Shown here: one piece after another, positions 23,528-35,528 of the stretch
Layout of the letters: each line of letters opens with the position of its first letter
Numbering within the stretch: position 1 is the first letter of the stretch
Source: Octopus vulgaris
Lineage: Eukaryota
Direction: 5' to 3'
NCBI GenBank assembly: GCA_951406725.2
Contig: OX597817.1
Location: 167,214,001 to 167,278,000 of the forward strand
DNA length: 64,000 nt
Notes under the pieces: generated by a model
The model's input: the letters and a program-made list of their open reading frames with translations, nothing else
What the model was told of the DNA's origin: nothing
Database searches by the model: none
Position numbers and translations under genes: made by a program

Positions 23528-24582
23528 TGTTTCTTTATTAGCCACACAGGGCTGCACACAGACGGGACAAATTACAAGGTAGAGCTTTTCTTTTGAATGT
23601 TTAAAAAAAAAAAAAAAAGGTAAGGGGGAGTTTCGATCAAAGGGATCGTAAAAGGAGAGAAGGAGGACAAAAAAAGGGGGTTAAAAAAAGGGGGAGAGGA
23701 AAAAAAAAAAAAAAAAAAAAAAAATTGATCAATAGGGATCGTTATCACAGAAATGTCAATATGAAGTGTAAAGGGGAGGACAGGTGAGGTTTACACGTGG
23801 AAAGAAAAGCCTACGGAAAAGACCACGGTAACCTCGGTCAATGAAGTCACATTTTATATTTCTTTTTTTTTTTTTTTTTTTTTTTTTTTGCAAATAAGCA
23901 ACTCTCTGTTTTCGATTTCTGGGTTCATAGGACTATGCTCAAGGTGGCTTCGTCATTCATACGTGCCATTCTTGCTACATTCACCCATCTTTTTTAAAAC
24001 ATTCGCTAGACAAAACTTGCTCTCTACTCTCACTTTCCTTTTCAAGTGGTACTTGAAGAAGTTGATGAGAGATTGACCAGAGAGGAAAGTGTTTGTCTCC
24101 AATCCTTTCAGACGCGTCCACCAGATACATTCTTTCGCCATAGCCACAAGGATGATGAAAATAGCTCTTCCTTCCCGTTTGAAGGAAGGAGGCGTGACAA
24201 TATTGACGATAGACTCAGCTGATAAACCGACTCGTCCCACACGTGACAGCAGTTGTTCGACATAAGCCCACAGGTCGGAAATTGTTGGACACTGAACGAG
24301 TGCGTGCAGAACGGTTTCGTCGCTCTCACCGCATCTCGGGCAGGTCGGCCCCGTGTTTCTCGAGCCGTGTCTGTAGAGCTTATCCCGAACGGGTAGCGCT
24401 TCTCGGTAGCACTGCCAGGCCAGGGATCTCTGGAAGTTGTCCATGGGCCCTGGCCCGAAAGTCGTCCTGAACAGGCGGGTCAGGTACTCCTCGTCGACGT
24501 CCAGGTTCGCCCCGAGCTCGTCGTCGTACCTCCCCTCCACTAAACCCCTATAGAATGCTTTGGTTGTGTTGAAGTCACTTAC
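23528..24582 (-). mobile_element. Tx1/L1-clade LINE 3' fragment (zf-RVT C-terminus plus 3'UTR) inserted in (GATA)n
   Basis: ORF 23953-24540: LAWQCYREALPVRDKLYRHG...CPRCGESDETVLHALVQCP...LW...IWWTR. AATAAA at the 3' end; (GATA)n on both sides. Confidence 0.88.
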
Positions 24583-24646
<64 letters not shown>

Positions 24647-25254
24647 CAGATGGATGGATGGATGAATTGTAAAATTCAGACGAAACTGCGTAACCGTTAA
24701 CCTTTACTCAAAAATCTATGTAAATTCATGTATTTCCAATAATCAATCAGGTATTAAACATCGTTTGGTCTTTAATTTTCGTTTGCTATTATATATATAT
24801 TTGAATAGATTACGAGCTGTGTACCTAAGATCAGAATAAAACTGGAGATTCCGTTGTAACCAAAAACAAAAAAAATAATTATTCATTATATAATACATAA
24901 TCTTTTAATACGTAATCTTTACATGTGTTTCACTAGCGTATATTAGTATGATGTACGATACTCGTTACAGAGGTGGCTATATGGTCACTTTTGTGAACTA
25001 CCTGCAGGATGTATCTGCCTTCTAACTTAAGTCGGTAATAAACAATGGCTCTTGCGTATAGAGTAACTACGCAACCCATCAGTTTAACGACTAGTATATG
25101 CTAGTGAAACACGTGTAAAGATTATGTAATTTATGATGTAATAATAATTTTTAAGCGAATCTCCAGTTTATTCTAATCTTGGTATGCATACATGTATATA
25201 TGTCTGTATGCACGTACATATATATAGTTAAAGGCGCGAAATTGTAATAATCTT

Positions 25255-25785
25255 TTTGACGTTGACTGTAATTAAGATCGTTCCGCTGACCTCCCAGAAT
25301 AGGGAGGAGAGAGCCCTGTTTTCTCTCGGTAGTTGCTGTGGCGAAAGAAGTAGTATGGAAGACGAAAGTGAAAGGAATTTCGACAGGCATGTTCATCTCC
25401 AATCTCGAGCTAATCGACTTTTTCGTTTTCCACATGAAACGGAAAATAAGGCTGGAGAAGAAATGCCTGTCGCAAGGTGTGTTTCGTAAAAGATGTAAGC
25501 CTATAGCAAGTGTGTTGCGAGTGAAAGAACCTGTTTAATCGAGAATGTAAAAAAGGAGAAAGCAAAGTCTTCAGTGTAAGTCTGTGGTTTGTGGGGTCGA
25601 CCGCGTCCTCCGCTTCAGTTTTTGTTAATCACTCATTCTCTTTTAATTGTATATATTTTAATTGTTTGTTTATTCATACGTTTCGTCTCATTCGATACCC
25701 TGACCCCAACGTTTGTTTTGTCTGTCCTCGTATCGTCCCCTCTTTTTTTCAACTTCATGGTTTATAAAGAAATTGACCGATGAGA
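25255..25785 (+). mobile_element. Tx1-like LINE 3' fragment, diverged
   Basis: AVAKEVVWKTKVKG...FFVFHMKRKIRLEKKCL parallels the 24-kb copy. Confidence 0.75.
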
Positions 25786-25969
25786 AATAAGCTACGAATT
25801 TCCTGTTTGATATGTTTTTATATTTCCGTTTGTTGTGTTTTTTGTTGAATTGCTTTTAAATGCGCGCGCTTGTGTGTGTGTACACGCGTGGCAGTCATTT
25901 AGTTTAGAACACCACTTCCATCTTTGTCGATCAGCAGTCAAGAGATCGGGAAAAATATTGGTTTCAGAT

Positions 25970-27130
25970 TTCGAGTACAAGCCCAGCAATTTTAAGGGAG
26001 GTGAAAGTCGTTTACATCGACTCTAGTGATCAGTTAGCATTCATTTCATCGATCACGAAATGATGGAGGGCAAAGTCGATTTCAACGGAATTTGAATTCA
26101 GAACGTAAAGACGGACGAAATGCGAACAATTCTTATTTCTTTATTGCCCACAAGGAGCTAAACACAGAGAGGACAAACAAGGACAGACAAACGGATTAAG
26201 TCGATTACATCGACCCCAGTACATAGCTGGTACTTATTTAATCGACCCTGAAAGGATGAAAGCAAAGTCGACCTCGGCGGAATTTGAACTCAGAACATAA
26301 CGGCAAACGAAATACCACTAAGCGCTTCACTCGGCGTGCTAACGTTTCTGCCAGCTCGCTGCCTTCAAAGGGAAAATAATGACCTTGAGTCATGATCGCT
26401 TTGAGCTTTTTCGCTTTGCTCATTTTTAATTTTTTAATTATGCAAAATACTCTAAGCCATAGATATTTTTTCACTTTTTTTATATATATGTTTATGTCTT
26501 ATGCCCACTGATGATGCCTATTAAAATAGAAACGTGTCCAAAGCCAGACTATCTTTTCTTCTATGGCATATCAATTCCAGAGAATTCTGAATTTTCGGCA
26601 TTATATATATTCTTCTGAAAGAGAAGGTATAATGTTGAGAATCCATATCAATAAATTGATTTCAAATTCTAGCACAAAGCCAACGAGTTCGGAGGACCCC
26701 AGTACTCAACTGGTACTTATTCTCTCGACCTCGAAAGGATGAAAGGCAAAGTCGACCTTGAATTTTAACTCAGACAATAAAGTCAGACGAAATATCGCTA
26801 AGCATTTCGGTACGCGTGTTAACGATTCTGCCTATATTACGAGACATTCTTTAAAAGGCCTGGGACTTATTCTATCAGTTCTTTTGCTGAACTGCTAAGT
26901 TACAGGGATAAAAACACGCCAACATTAGTCGTGAAGTTGTGGTGGAGGACAAACACACACACACACACGACGAGCTTCTTTCAGTTTCCGTCTACTAAAT
27001 CCACTCACAAGGTTTTGGCAAACTCGAGGCTATAGTAGAAAACTCTTGCCCAAAGTGCCACGCAGTGGGACTGAACCCGGAACCATGTGGTCGGAAAGCA
27101 AGCTTCCTACCACATCCACTCCTACCCCTA
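25970..27130 (-). mobile_element. Cluster of minus-strand SINEs (family 3 at about 25970-26365 and 26660-26835; family 1 at about 26860-27130)
   Basis: Reverse-complement matches to the family bodies. Confidence 0.75.
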
Positions 27131-27242
27131 TAACCAAATTACTTTTCAATATGATTTGCTGTGGTTTGGTTATTAGAATTCTCAAATTCTTTAAATGTAA
27201 ATGTCTGGAACATTATCAGTTTAATAATATCAAAAGCATGTT

Positions 27243-27825
27243 AAGGCGGCGAGCTGGCAGAATCGTTAGCACGCTGGACGAAATGCTTAGCGGTATTTCG
27301 TCTGCCGCTACGTTCTGAGTTCAAATTCCGCCGAGGTCGACTTCGCCTTTCATCCTTTCGGAGTCGGTAAATTAAATACCAGTTACGCACTGGGGTCGAT
27401 ATAACCGACTTAATCTGTTTGTCTGTCCTTGTTTTCCCCCTCTGTGTGTAGCCTCTTGTGGGCAGTAAAGAAATAGGTATTTCATCTGTCTTTACCTTCT
27501 GAGTTCAAATTCCTCCGAGATCGACTTTGCCTTTCATCCTTTCGGAGTCGGTAAATTAAGTACCAGTTACGCACTGGGGTCGATATAACTGACTTAATCT
27601 GTTTGTCTGTCCTTGTTTTCCCCCTCTGTGTGTAGCCTCTTGTGGGCAGTAAAGAAATAGGTATTTCATCTGTCTTTACCTTCTGAGTTCAAATTCCTCC
27701 GAGATCGACTTTGCCTTTCATCCTTTCGGAGTCGGTAAATTAAGTACCAGTTGCGAACTGGAGTCGATCTAATCGACTGGCCCGCTCTCCCAAAAATTTC
27801 GGGCCTTGTGCCAAGAGTAGAAAAG
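27243..27825 (+). mobile_element. SINE family 3 with three units
   Basis: TSD AATAT(C/T)AAAAGCATGTT at 27226-27242 and 27826-27842. Confidence 0.9.
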
Positions 27826-27993
27826 AATATTAAAAGCATGTTATATGTCATGGTTGTTGTTGTTCCTGCTAGAATAGTCTTAAGTTCTGAATAGGCTGAG
27901 GCGAGGTTATGTGGTTTCGAAATGTTTCACAATTACGTGATTTCAGTTTCAGTCCCAATACGTAGCATCTTGGACAAGCATCTTCTACTAGAG

Positions 27994-28284
27994 CAGCGGT
28001 TGTCAAAGTGGGTGGTGGCAGGTTCCAAGAGAGCGTTGAAGAAAAGTAAGGTGATAGTGGGGTAGCGATTCATGTAAAAAGTGGGGCAATAATGGGTTTG
28101 AGATTCGTTTAAAAACAACAAAATGACGGGTTCATTGGGTTAAGTTTTATTTATGAAATACAATTGCCTTGAATTTGCTTCAGAAAGAGGTCTATGTTCG
28201 TGATGGTTAGTTGGGGTGGGGGTACTAGGAATGTGGCCTGAGTGTCAAGGGGGGCGGTAGCCTGAAAAAGTTTGGGAACCACTG
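27994..28284. mobile_element. hAT (Charlie-like) MITE nested in a family 1 SINE (about 27893-28350)
   Basis: Termini CAGCGGTTGTCAAA / TTTGGGAACCACTG; perfect 8-bp TSD TACTAGAG (27986-27993 and 28285-28292). Confidence 0.9.
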
Positions 28285-28384
28285 TACTAGAGTCTCGGGT
28301 CGACTAATGTCTTGTGAGTGAATTTGGTAGATGGAAACTGAAAGGAGCCTGATGTAAATACATACATACGTATGCACGTATGTT

Positions 28385-28442
<58 letters not shown>

Positions 28443-28443
28443 T

Positions 28444-28474
<31 letters not shown>

Positions 28475-28506
28475 CTTTTCGCAGGTTGGAAAGTTTCTAT
28501 CGAAGA

Positions 28507-28567
28507 TGCGTATCGCCTTCACCTTCGAAACGCAGAGTAGATGAAACCATGGCGACTGAAGAAGGGG
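28507..28567 (+). ncRNA. Rearranged (non-circularly permuted, S-G-C order) hammerhead ribozyme with intact core
   Basis: TGCG-TA|TCGCC-ttcac-CTTC-GAAA-CGCA-16nt-GGCGA-CTGAAGA-A-GGGG. All three helices pair; predicted cleavage after A28512. Confidence 0.65.
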
Positions 28568-28778
28568 AATTTTCCTTGTGTTATTTGTCCTGTACTCTAT
28601 TTTTGTTGTTGTTTAAGAAAAATGTCCAGTTCCTTGGTTTTGTGTTTATGTTTTCGTTTTCATTGTGTTCGATGTTTTTTTGGTGTCCTGTACCCATATA
28701 TGCGTGTATATATACATGTAGAGGTAGGGACGTACATATATGTATGTATATATGTATATGTTTTATTTATTAATTTAT

Positions 28779-28818
<40 letters not shown>

Positions 28819-28852
28819 CCGCACACACATAGATCATAGATACATGTATATA

Positions 28853-29259
28853 CTCTTTACTCTTTTACTTGTTTCAGTCATTTGACTGCCGCCATGCTGG
28901 AGCACCGCCTTTAGTCGAGCAAATCGACCCCGGGACTTATTCTTTGTAAGCCCAGTACTTATTCTATCGGTTTTCTTTTGCCGAACCGCTAAGTGACGGG
29001 GACGTAAACACAGCAGCATCGGTTGTCAAGCAATACTAGGGGGACAAACACAGACACACAAACACACACTTACATATACATATATATACATATATATGAT
29101 AGTCTTCTTTCAGTTTCCGTCTACCAAATCCACTCACAAGGCATTGGTCGGCCCGGGGCTATAGCAAAAGACACTTGCCCAAGATGCCACGCAGTGGGAC
29201 TGAACCCGGAACCATGTGATTGGTTAGCAAGCTACTTACCACACAGCCACTCCTGCGCC
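28853..29259 (-). mobile_element. SINE family 1, full length
   Basis: Reverse complement of the 10043-10485 type. Confidence 0.9.
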
Positions 29260-29269
29260 TATATATATA

Positions 29270-30025
29270 TCATCATCATCATCATCATCATCATCATTTA
29301 ACGTCCGCTTTCCCATGCTAGCATGGGTTGGACGGTTCAACTGGGGTCTGGGGAGCCCGAAAGCTGCACCAGTCCAGTCAGATCTGGCAGTGTTTCTACA
29401 GCTGGATGCCCTTCCTAACGCCAACCACTCCGAGAGTGTAGTGGGTGATTTTATGTGCCACCGACACAGGTGCCAGACGAGGCTGGCAAAACGGCCACGC
29501 TCGGATGGTGTTTTTTATGTGCCACCGACACAGGTGCCAGACGAGGCTGGCAGACGGCCACGCTCGGATGGTGTTTTTTATGTGCCACCGACACAGGTGC
29601 CAGACGAGGCTGGCAGACGGCCACGCTCGGATGGTGTTTTTATGTGCCACCGACACAGGTGCCAGATGAGGCTGGCAAACGGCCACGATCGGATGGTGCT
29701 TGTTACGTGCCCACAGCACGGAGGCGAGTCGATGCGGTACTGGCTACGGCCACGTTCGGATGGTTTTCTTGTGTGCCACGTGCCACCGGCACTGGTACCA
29801 CAAAGATACAAATTCCATTGATGTTCATCTATTTTGATTTGTTTTGATTTTCACTTGCCTCAACAGGTCTTCACAAGTGTCACAAGAAGGAAGGTATGCA
29901 CAGGTGGACTGACTACGTCCCAGGTAGGGGCTATGGGTTATGGCCTGACTAGTCTTGCCGGGTCTTCGGATGGTGTTTTTATGTGCCACCGACACAGGTG
30001 CTAGATGAGGCTGGCGAACGGCCAC
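29270..30025 (-). mobile_element. RTE-type 3'UTR element with (ATG)n tail and an internal 63-bp minisatellite (about 4 copies, 29450-29700)
   Basis: Tail GGACGTTAAATGATGATG on the minus strand; same family as 43552-44157, which retains RTE coding sequence. Confidence 0.8.
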
Positions 30026-30479
30026 ATATATATATATATATATATATGTGGCCGTTCCTCAGCCTCATCTGGGGTTTGTAGTCCATTTGGCGTCCGTCCA
30101 TTTCTAGCGTACAGGCATTGTCACTTCAGCGACCTTCATTATAATTTATATTTTTTATAGTTATACTTAAACGTGTGTGTGTGTGTATTCATATATGATT
30201 GTGTGTTTCTTGTAGAAAGAGTGTCACCGTCAAGATTTGCTACTAGTTTCCAATCTTTCAGAAGGGGAAATATTACTTTGCTTGGAAATAAGTGAGGGTT
30301 GGCGACAGGGAGTGTCTCAATGGGTAGAAAACCTGTCTCAACGAGTTGCGTCTGCCTCATGCAAACGTGGGAAAATGGATGTTAAAACAAAGAGGAAAGA
30401 AAAAACAGTGGTTGAAAGAACTAATAAAACATTCCTTTGAAGTGTTATCATCTCCTCCATAAATTCATTGTGGAGACAA

Positions 30480-31048
30480 TAGTTTTGGATTTACACACAA
30501 GCTAACAGTTCCGGTGAGAGGGGGAATTAGTCGATACTGTGAACCTCAATACTTGACTGGGGATTTATTTTACCGACCCAGGGTGGGGGAGAATGAACGG
30601 CAAAAGTTGGCAAAAGTTGACCTTGGCTAGATTTAAACTCAGAATGTAAGGAATTGAAATAAATACTGGACTTTTTATTTCCTACGCTAGGGACAAGGCC
30701 CGAAGTTTTGGGAGAGGGTCCAGTCGATTAGATCGATCCCAGTACGCAACTGGTACTTAATTTATCGACCCCAAAAGGATGAAAGGCAAAGTCGACCTAG
30801 GCAGAATTTGAACTCAGAACGTAAAGACAGACGAAATACCTATTTCTTTACTACCCACAAGGGGCTAAACACAGAGAGGACAAACAAGGACAGACAAACG
30901 GATTAAGTCGATTATATCGACTCCAGTGCGTAACTGGTACTTAATGTATCCACCCCGAAAGGATGAAAGGCAAAGTCGACCTCGGCAGAATTTGAACTCA
31001 GAACGTAAAGACAGACGAAATACTGCAAAGCATTTCGTCCAGCGTGCT
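30480..31048 (-). mobile_element. SINE family 3: two-unit copy (about 30675-31048) next to an old copy
   Basis: Reverse-complement family 3 body, repeated. Confidence 0.8.
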
Positions 31049-31371
31049 ACTGTACTTTTTCTAACACTCTAATGGTTATGCCTCTTTGCATAATTCGTAT
31101 TTTGTATTTCACACTTGCGCTGGCTGAATTATGCAAAATGTTAGAGAAAACAACTTGTTTCTTGAAAATACATATGTCTAAAGCAAAATTTTTTCATGGA
31201 CACTTTAAATACTTCTGTGGGCCCCCAATTTACTATTTTACTTGTGTAGACACCCACAAAATCTTACATGGACCCTCAGGGATCATGTGAGCCCCAGTTA
31301 AGAACCATTGATTCAGACGAATGAATGAGTTAAGCAGCAACGGGAACCAACACCACCAGGGCAAACTGGAT

Positions 31372-31790
31372 GACTTACTTGTACTTGTGACGGCGTTCAC
31401 CCAGGGCGGTTTGAGCCGGCTTCTTCTATGGTCCTGACGACATCACGAGCCATGGCGGCCCTCGCTCGACGGTCCTGTGCGAGGTCACTGGAGATAGTGA
31501 GCCATTCTCGGTTCCATCTGCGCAGACCGACTACCTGCGGACCTGAGAGGTCGGAGAGGTCCTCCTTTATCGTCGTTGTCCAGGTCTTCAGCTGCCCACC
31601 CATGCATTTGCGCCAGTTGGGAAGTGGAGGTGGGAGGAGGACATCGCGAATCAGCTCACCCTCTGGATGTCGGGCCGCATGACAGAACCACCTTAAGCGC
31701 CGTTGTAGAAGCACCGAAGGGAGGGGCCGGAGATTCAGGCGACGACGTAGACCGGCTGTAGGAACGCGATCAATGCATAGGCATCAAACT
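31372..31790 (-). mobile_element. RTE-clade LINE 3' fragment
   Basis: LLQRRLRWFCHAARHPEGELIRDVLL...GGQLKTWTTTIKEDL...LAQDRRAR is a typical RTE RT C-terminus; short-repeat tail (CAAGTA). Confidence 0.85.
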
Positions 31791-32267
31791 GGATAAGCAA
31801 TGAAATAAACAACCCTTATATAACAAGCTATATTGCTTATCTCTTAGCAATCATAGCTTGTTACACTTATCTACACTTCCGTTCCAAGGTTTTAGATTGC
31901 GCAAATTCCTACGCATACACTCAATTATTCGTTCCAATTCCAATTTACTCCTCTCAGCCAATGAATTCTTCCTGATTTAATATTTCTTTACAGCAATGTT
32001 TTCGATGGCATCGCTATCTTTTACTAGTTTCAGTCATTAGACTGCGGCCATGCTGAAGCACCGCCTCGTAAAATTTCTAGAACACCGCCTTGAAGGATTT
32101 TTAGTCGAATGGATTGACCCCTGTACATTTTGTTAAAGCCTGGTACTTTTTCTGTCGGCTATTTTAGCCGAGTTGCTGAGTTACGGGAACGTAAACACAC
32201 CAACACCAGTTGTCAAGCAGTGGTGGAAGAGAAACACAAACATAAAAACTCATACATACACACATGT

Positions 32268-32346
<79 letters not shown>

Positions 32347-32347
32347 T

Positions 32348-32462
32348 GTTTATTAGCCACACAGGGTTGCACACAGACGGGACAGATTACAAAGTAGAGC
32401 TTTTCTTTTTTGGTGAGAAAAAAAGCGGGGTAGGTTTTCAATCAAAAGGGGGTCGTAAAAGG
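32348..32462 (-). mobile_element. Tx1-like LINE extreme 3' end in (GATA)n, inside a family 1 SINE
   Basis: TTATTAGCCACACAGGG(C/T)TGCACACAGACGGGACA matches the 23528 terminus; GATA repeats on both sides. Confidence 0.85.
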
Positions 32463-32504
32463 GATAGATAGGTAGGTAGATAGATAGACAGACAGACAGA
32501 CAGA

Positions 32505-33037
32505 TAGATAGATAGATAGATAGATAGATCTCTTTCAGTTTCCATCGACAAAACCCACTCACAAGTCTTTGGTCGGCCCAAGATGCCACACAGTGGTACT
32601 GAACCCGGAACCATGTGGTTGGCATGCAAGGTTTTTACCACCCAGGCAAGCCTACGCTAACATTTATTCATTCCCAGGATTAAACTTTCATTCACTTCAT
32701 TCACATATTTCTTCGCCACGTATAACTCATATTCGATGGCTAATTATCAACAATCCAAACATCTTCGGATATTCTTTTATTAATGTCCAGTTTCCAAAAG
32801 AATTTTTCCATAAAATTAATTTTACGTTGGTAAATATCCGGAATTAGCCATTTGGTATATGTAGTTAGAAATTATACTCTGGAGGCAATACTTAATAATC
32901 GATTTTCTATATTCTTCTAGGTTTTATAATGAAATTGATATAACTAACAAAAGGTTCATGTTTCATTTCGTTTCAATTTATTTTCGTTTTGTATAATTCA
33001 ATGACTTTCTATTGATAATCGTATTCGACATGATTAT

Positions 33038-33077
<40 letters not shown>

Positions 33078-33385
33078 TCGTGTGTGTGTTTTCGTGTGGT
33101 TTTGTGGAAACAAGTGCTTGTCTTAGACTATCCTTCCTGGCGCAACAGAATCGTCACACATTTTTTTCCATCTTAAACTGGATGTCAGCCTAATATATTC
33201 ACTGTGTACATCCTTTTGACTTTTCTTGCTTTTATTTTCATTTGTATTTTCGATTTACCTCTCAGCCGAAATTGCGAGGATGATCCGGTTCTTGACTGAA
33301 AATTGAAGGCTTCGAATCTCCCGCCCGTGTTTTTTGTATCGTCTTCAAAAGGTTTTGCGTTCTTGTCCCGGTTTGTATTTTTTTT

Positions 33386-33442
<57 letters not shown>

Positions 33443-33881
33443 ATTATTATTATTATTATTGAATGGAAGAAATGGAGTTGAACGAAGATTGTACAGAATT
33501 CCTTTTATTACATTCTACACATGTTTCAAAGGCCACAAATTCGAATTGCTGCGCCTCTGTTCTGTTTTGTTCTGTCAACGGAATTCCTGTTTTTTCCTGA
33601 TGAGAAAGCCACAATATGGTACCCTTATTTAATCAGAATTTGGAAATTTGTGGCCTTTGAAACATGTGTAGAATGTAATAAAAGGAATTCTGTACAATCT
33701 TCGTTCAACTCCATTTCTTCCATTCAATAATAATATTAAACTTCAATTATCCGCACCAACGCACGGTTGCAACACCAAATGGTCTTATCTCCAACCGTGT
33801 ATTTTCTGCTGTGATTTTTGCTACCCAGGTATCGGTTAAACTTTTGAATAATCTGTAACAAGAAAATTCATCTTTCTATTT

Positions 33882-33954
<73 letters not shown>

Positions 33955-34300
33955 CATATATATATCGGATATTTACCAACGTAAAATTAATTTTATGGAA
34001 AAATTCTTTTGGAAACTGGACATTAATAACAGAATATCCGAAGATGTTTGGATTGTTGATAAATTGCCATCGAAATATGAGTTATACGTGGCGAAGAAAT
34101 ATGTGAATGAAGTGAATGAAAGTTTAATCCTGGGAATGAACAAATGTTAGCGTAGGCTTGCCTGGGTGGTAAAAACCTTGCATGCCAACCACATGGTTCC
34201 GGGTTCAGTACCACTGTGTGGCATCTTGGGCCGACCAAAGACTTGTGAGTGGATTTTGTAGATGGAAACTGAAAGAAGTCCATACATCTATCTATCTATC
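32505..34300. repeat. Inverted duplication (arms about 32505-32840 and 33966-34300)
   Basis: The SINE head plus its unique flank reappears reverse-complemented at high identity; ORFs 32569+ and 34023- are near identical. Confidence 0.9.
33594..33673 (+). ncRNA. Type I minimal hammerhead ribozyme in a Penelope-like foldback (palindrome about 33452-33733)
   Basis: TTC-CTGATGA-GAAAGCCACAA...TTGTGGCCTTT-GAAA-CATGTG-TA|GAA: full core, 10/11-bp helix II, palindromic helix III, GUA cleavage triplet. Confidence 0.8.
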
Positions 34301-34305
34301 TATCC

Positions 34306-34366
<61 letters not shown>

Positions 34367-34460
34367 GTATATACGCAGTGAAGCTATACAATAGCGTCGT
34401 ATTTATTACGATTGCTATTTTCCAGTAAATATCGGTGCCTCGTTGTACCATTTATTTACT

Positions 34461-34506
<46 letters not shown>

Positions 34507-35285
34507 TCCTTTTCTTGTATCACCTAACTGTCTGGATGTTTTGCGTCCTTGTCCCATTTTGTATTTTTATATATATATATAACGGCGTACGTACATTTTG
34601 GTCTCTTATATGTAAGTACATATTTATCTAAATCTTGTACCACTCTTTCTTTTATTCTTTTATTCTTCCCTTCTTCGTTCTTTGGTTTCCCCTCTCTCAC
34701 ATTTCATTGCTTTCTCTTCAGGCTCACTTTCCCTCCTCCTTTCACTTCACCGTGTCCCTGTCATTTTTTCTCGCTCCTCCTTATTTCTTCTGTACCCATG
34801 CCTCTACCTCTCTCTCTCTTCTCCCCCACGTGACCGGTGTTCAGCCAAGCTTGACCTTTCTTTCTTAGTTCGGCCGTTGTCCGTGCAACATCTATATTCC
34901 TCCCTGTGCTTGTGAAATCTTGTATCCCTGCCGTAAGGCTTTACTTCCTCACACGCCAGCTTAATTTGATTCGTCTTTTGTTGAAAGACACTTGTTGTTA
35001 TGTCCTGTTATTTGTATTTGTGTAACTCGCTCCGTTTCTTCAGTCCTTGTTTTCGTATACATTCGCTGCTTTCTTCCAAGGAATCTAATGCTCTTAGCTT
35101 AGTTTTTCCTTGGAAGCAATCTCGTGAATAACCAGCCGAAATTGCAAAGATAATCGGGAACTCGACCGAGGAAAGAGAACTCCGAATGACCCGTCCTTGT
35201 TTTCTTTGTATCGTCTATCTGGTGTTTTGTTGTCCCTTTCTTGTATCACCTAACCGTCTGGATGTTTTGCGACCTTGTCCCATTT

Positions 35286-35332
<47 letters not shown>

Positions 35333-35404
35333 CAGATCCATCCAACTGATGTTGGATGTGTCGAGATTGATATAAGAAATCTTACCTGTTTAAAGTTTTA
35401 CCTG

Positions 35405-35480
35405 TTTAAAGTTTTACCTGATGAGGTAATCTTCTACAGATACATTAATAAATTCTACCGAAACAGTTGTAAATTTTAAA
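35405..35480 (+). ncRNA. Type I minimal hammerhead motif in a (TA)n-flanked 170-bp element
   Basis: CTGATGA-GGTA...TACC-GAAA-CAGTTG-TA; helix I is offset by a local duplication. Confidence 0.65.
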
Positions 35481-35528
35481 CGCTATTCGTGCTTACCATA
35501 TATATATATATATATGAAACAAGGTTTG

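Noticed and set aside
26505-26540. CTGATGA...GAAACGTGTC hammerhead-like string
   Set aside because: Core words are present, but helix I does not pair and helix II is out of register; at best a decayed relic.
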